Shown here: positions 62,318-64,000 of the stretch, in pieces
Layout: the number at the start of each line of letters is the position of its first letter
Numbering within the stretch: the first letter of the stretch is position 1
Assembly: GCA_963555755.3 (NCBI GenBank)
Contig: OY820905.2
Coordinates: forward strand, 3,680,001 to 3,744,000
From: Nitrospirales bacterium
GTDB taxonomy: Bacteria; Nitrospirota; Nitrospiria; Nitrospirales; UBA8639
Length of the DNA: 64,000 bases
Direction of reading: 5' to 3'
Notes under the pieces: generated by a model
Told to the model about the DNA's origin: nothing
What the model saw: only the letters and a program-made list of their open reading frames with translations
The model's database searches: none
Position numbers and translations under genes: made by a program

Positions 62318-62838
62318 TAGTTTTCCTGACTCACAAGGGCGTTCAATAATTTCTGGCTTCTGGTGCCAAAGCCTTGGAGCATAACATGCCGTGAATAGCG
62401 GCTCCCGAATGTCAGATGAAGGGCGAGCCGGTCATCCGGAAGCTGAGCTTGGGAAAGCCGATCGGCCCATTCGATGACCACGACATGTTCGGTATCGAAA
62501 TATGCAGAGAGTCCGATCTCGTCAATTTCAATTGACCCTTCCAGGCGATACAGATCGACATGGGCAATCGGAGGTTGGTTCTCATATTCTTGGATAATCG
62601 TAAACGTGGGGCTGGTGACTTCCTCTGTCGAAAGCCCCATGCCTTTGGCCAGGCCACGAACAACACAGGTTTTCCCAGCGCCTAATTCACCGGTCAGGGT
62701 GATGACCTCACCACCACGCAATTCGTGTCCAATGGCCATGCCCAGTCGCTCGGTGTCTAATCGTGACCGCAAAAGGCATTTCCATTGATGTTTTCCCTTG
62801 TGAGAAAATCGAAGTTTTTGAAGTCGGAAATCTCCCAC
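62317..62838 (-). CDS. tsaE: tRNA t6A biosynthesis ATPase TsaE
   Basis: GELGAGKT, VTSPTF, HVDLYRL, IEWAD; start uncertain. Confidence 0.93.
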   Translation of the reverse strand: MGDFRLQKLRFSHKGKHQWKCLLRSRLDTERLGMAIGHELRGGEVITLTGELGAGKTCVVRGLAKGMGLSTEEVTSPTFTIIQEYENQPPIAHVDLYRLEGSIEIDEIGLSAYFDTEHVVVIEWADRLSQAQLPDDRLALHLTFGSRYSRHVMLQGFGTRSQKLLNALVSQEN

Positions 62839-62868
62839 GCCCGTCTCTTGATTTGAAAATTCCTTGAA

Positions 62869-63082
62869 GGGCCTGTTGAATATTGCACTCCAACAGCCAA
62901 TAAAAGCTCCAAATGAGCCACGCATCGTCAGTGGGAGGGAATGTTCAAAAAAGCATGCCCTGAGTCTTTCCGAAGGGTCTATCCAGCAAGGCCGCAGCCA
63001 TTTTGACGAGCGGAGCGTACTCATAGTACGTGAGCACGGCAAAATGGCGAGAACGCCGCTGGCGGCTTTTTTCAACATTCCC
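62869..63082. mobile_element. MITE family C (214 bp)
   Basis: 5-bp TSD TTGAA. Confidence 0.88.
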
Positions 63083-63098
63083 TTGAAAGAAACCGTGG

Positions 63099-63128
63099 GT
63101 CCTGAGCCCTTCGGCAGGCTCAGGACAG
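63099..63128. repeat. REP-like palindrome at the IS110 junction
   Basis: GTCCTGAGCC-CTTCGGCA-GGCTCAGGAC. Confidence 0.7.
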
Positions 63129-63158
63129 ACTTCCTATGAGGTTGTCAAGTCCTTTTAA

Positions 63159-64000
63159 TTACGCAGTTGCTCTTAGGTATTGTTTGGTCATATTCGCCAA
63201 ATGATATTGCTCGTCGTATGGCATCTGGTGTTCCCACATGCGGAAAATGATTTTCAACCATTTGGCCCCTAAGGCCCGCAGGGCCTGGTTGTGCCGATGG
63301 CCGCGGGTGCGACACTGTTGATAATAATGCTTCGCCCACTCACTGTGTCTCAACGACTGAAAGGCCAACTGCCAAATTGCCTGCCGAAGGTGCTTGTTGC
63401 ACGCAACACGAAATCGCACGACACAACTTTTCCCACTCTGCCGTGTCAGCGGCACGGTGCCGGCCTGGGCTTGCAGATGGCTCCAGGATGCCCAGCGGCC
63501 TGGGGCATCGCCCAATTCCGCCCACAAGCGGGGAATCATCGTGCCACTAAGGCCTCCCGGCAGCGTCCGCATCCACTCAGCTGCCGGGAGGGTTCCGAAA
63601 AAACGTTCAATCTCCGTCTTGTATTCCGTCACCGCGCGGTGGGTCACCAACACCTGCGCGATCAGCACGTCCACCAATCGGGCCTTGGCCCGCACGACAT
63701 GCTCGGGCACCGGTATTTGGGGCGCTTTCAGTTGCGTCCACAACTCGGTTGTCCGTGCCGGGCCCAGCCGATGCTGGCGCGCAAACCGCTGCCACTGGCT
63801 CAGCCGTAGCGTGGTCAGGGTGGCCGGGGTCGGATAGGTTTGCAGAAAATCCAACGCCAGCTGCGTAGTCAGGTCCCCAAAGAGATCCAGCACACGGGGG
63901 TAATATTCCTTCAGCATGCTCGTGAGCTGATTGAGCATCCGCGTCTGTTGGCGCCCGAGTCGCGCATGATCGCGGGTCAGGAGTTTTAATTCTTGGGCCG
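63159..64000 (-). CDS. IS110-family transposase (5' part outside window)
   Basis: ELKLLTRDH, AGTVPLTRQSGKS, CNKHLRQA, ALRALG, YDE; frame open to the window edge. Confidence 0.92.
   Translation of the reverse strand, partial: AQELKLLTRDHARLGRQQTRMLNQLTSMLKEYYPRVLDLFGDLTTQLALDFLQTYPTPATLTTLRLSQWQRFARQHRLGPARTTELWTQLKAPQIPVPEHVVRAKARLVDVLIAQVLVTHRAVTEYKTEIERFFGTLPAAEWMRTLPGGLSGTMIPRLWAELGDAPGRWASWSHLQAQAGTVPLTRQSGKSCVVRFRVACNKHLRQAIWQLAFQSLRHSEWAKHYYQQCRTRGHRHNQALRALGAKWLKIIFRMWEHQMPYDEQYHLANMTKQYLRATA

Noticed and set aside
1..64000. CRISPR array or integron cassette array
   Set aside because: The repeats are dispersed TIR elements with TSDs. I saw no regularly spaced repeat-spacer units, cas genes, intI or attC series.

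Overview
Bacterial chromosomal window. The gene content and order suggest Nitrospirota, but that is an inference. The backbone is housekeeping: pilT-like/pilC, ispE-prs-rplY-pth, rpsF-ssb-rpsR, yceD-rpmF-plsX-fabH-fabL-fabD-fabG-acpP-fabF-rnc, folD-metF-panB-purA, rimP-nusA-infB-rbfA-truB-rpsO-pnp, mutS and tsaE. A decayed island starts at tRNA-Lys(TTT) (25081). It carries an integrase remnant, three damaged IS elements, a BON lipoprotein and a four-gene GT4/GH130 carbohydrate cluster. Elsewhere there is an ISAs1 with a nested IS1595, and an IS110 inserted in a REP-like hairpin. The most striking signal is non-coding: about 35 miniature inverted-repeat elements from about 10 families, which I label A-J. 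They have different terminal repeats and target-site duplications (TSDs), yet most carry the same internal hairpin motif (CAAGG...tandem-GA or GCGCATAC apical hairpin...(A/G)ACGCCG). Their arms co-vary within each copy, and they insert into one another at recurrent sites, up to three levels deep. Coordinates were read by eye and may be off by a few bases.
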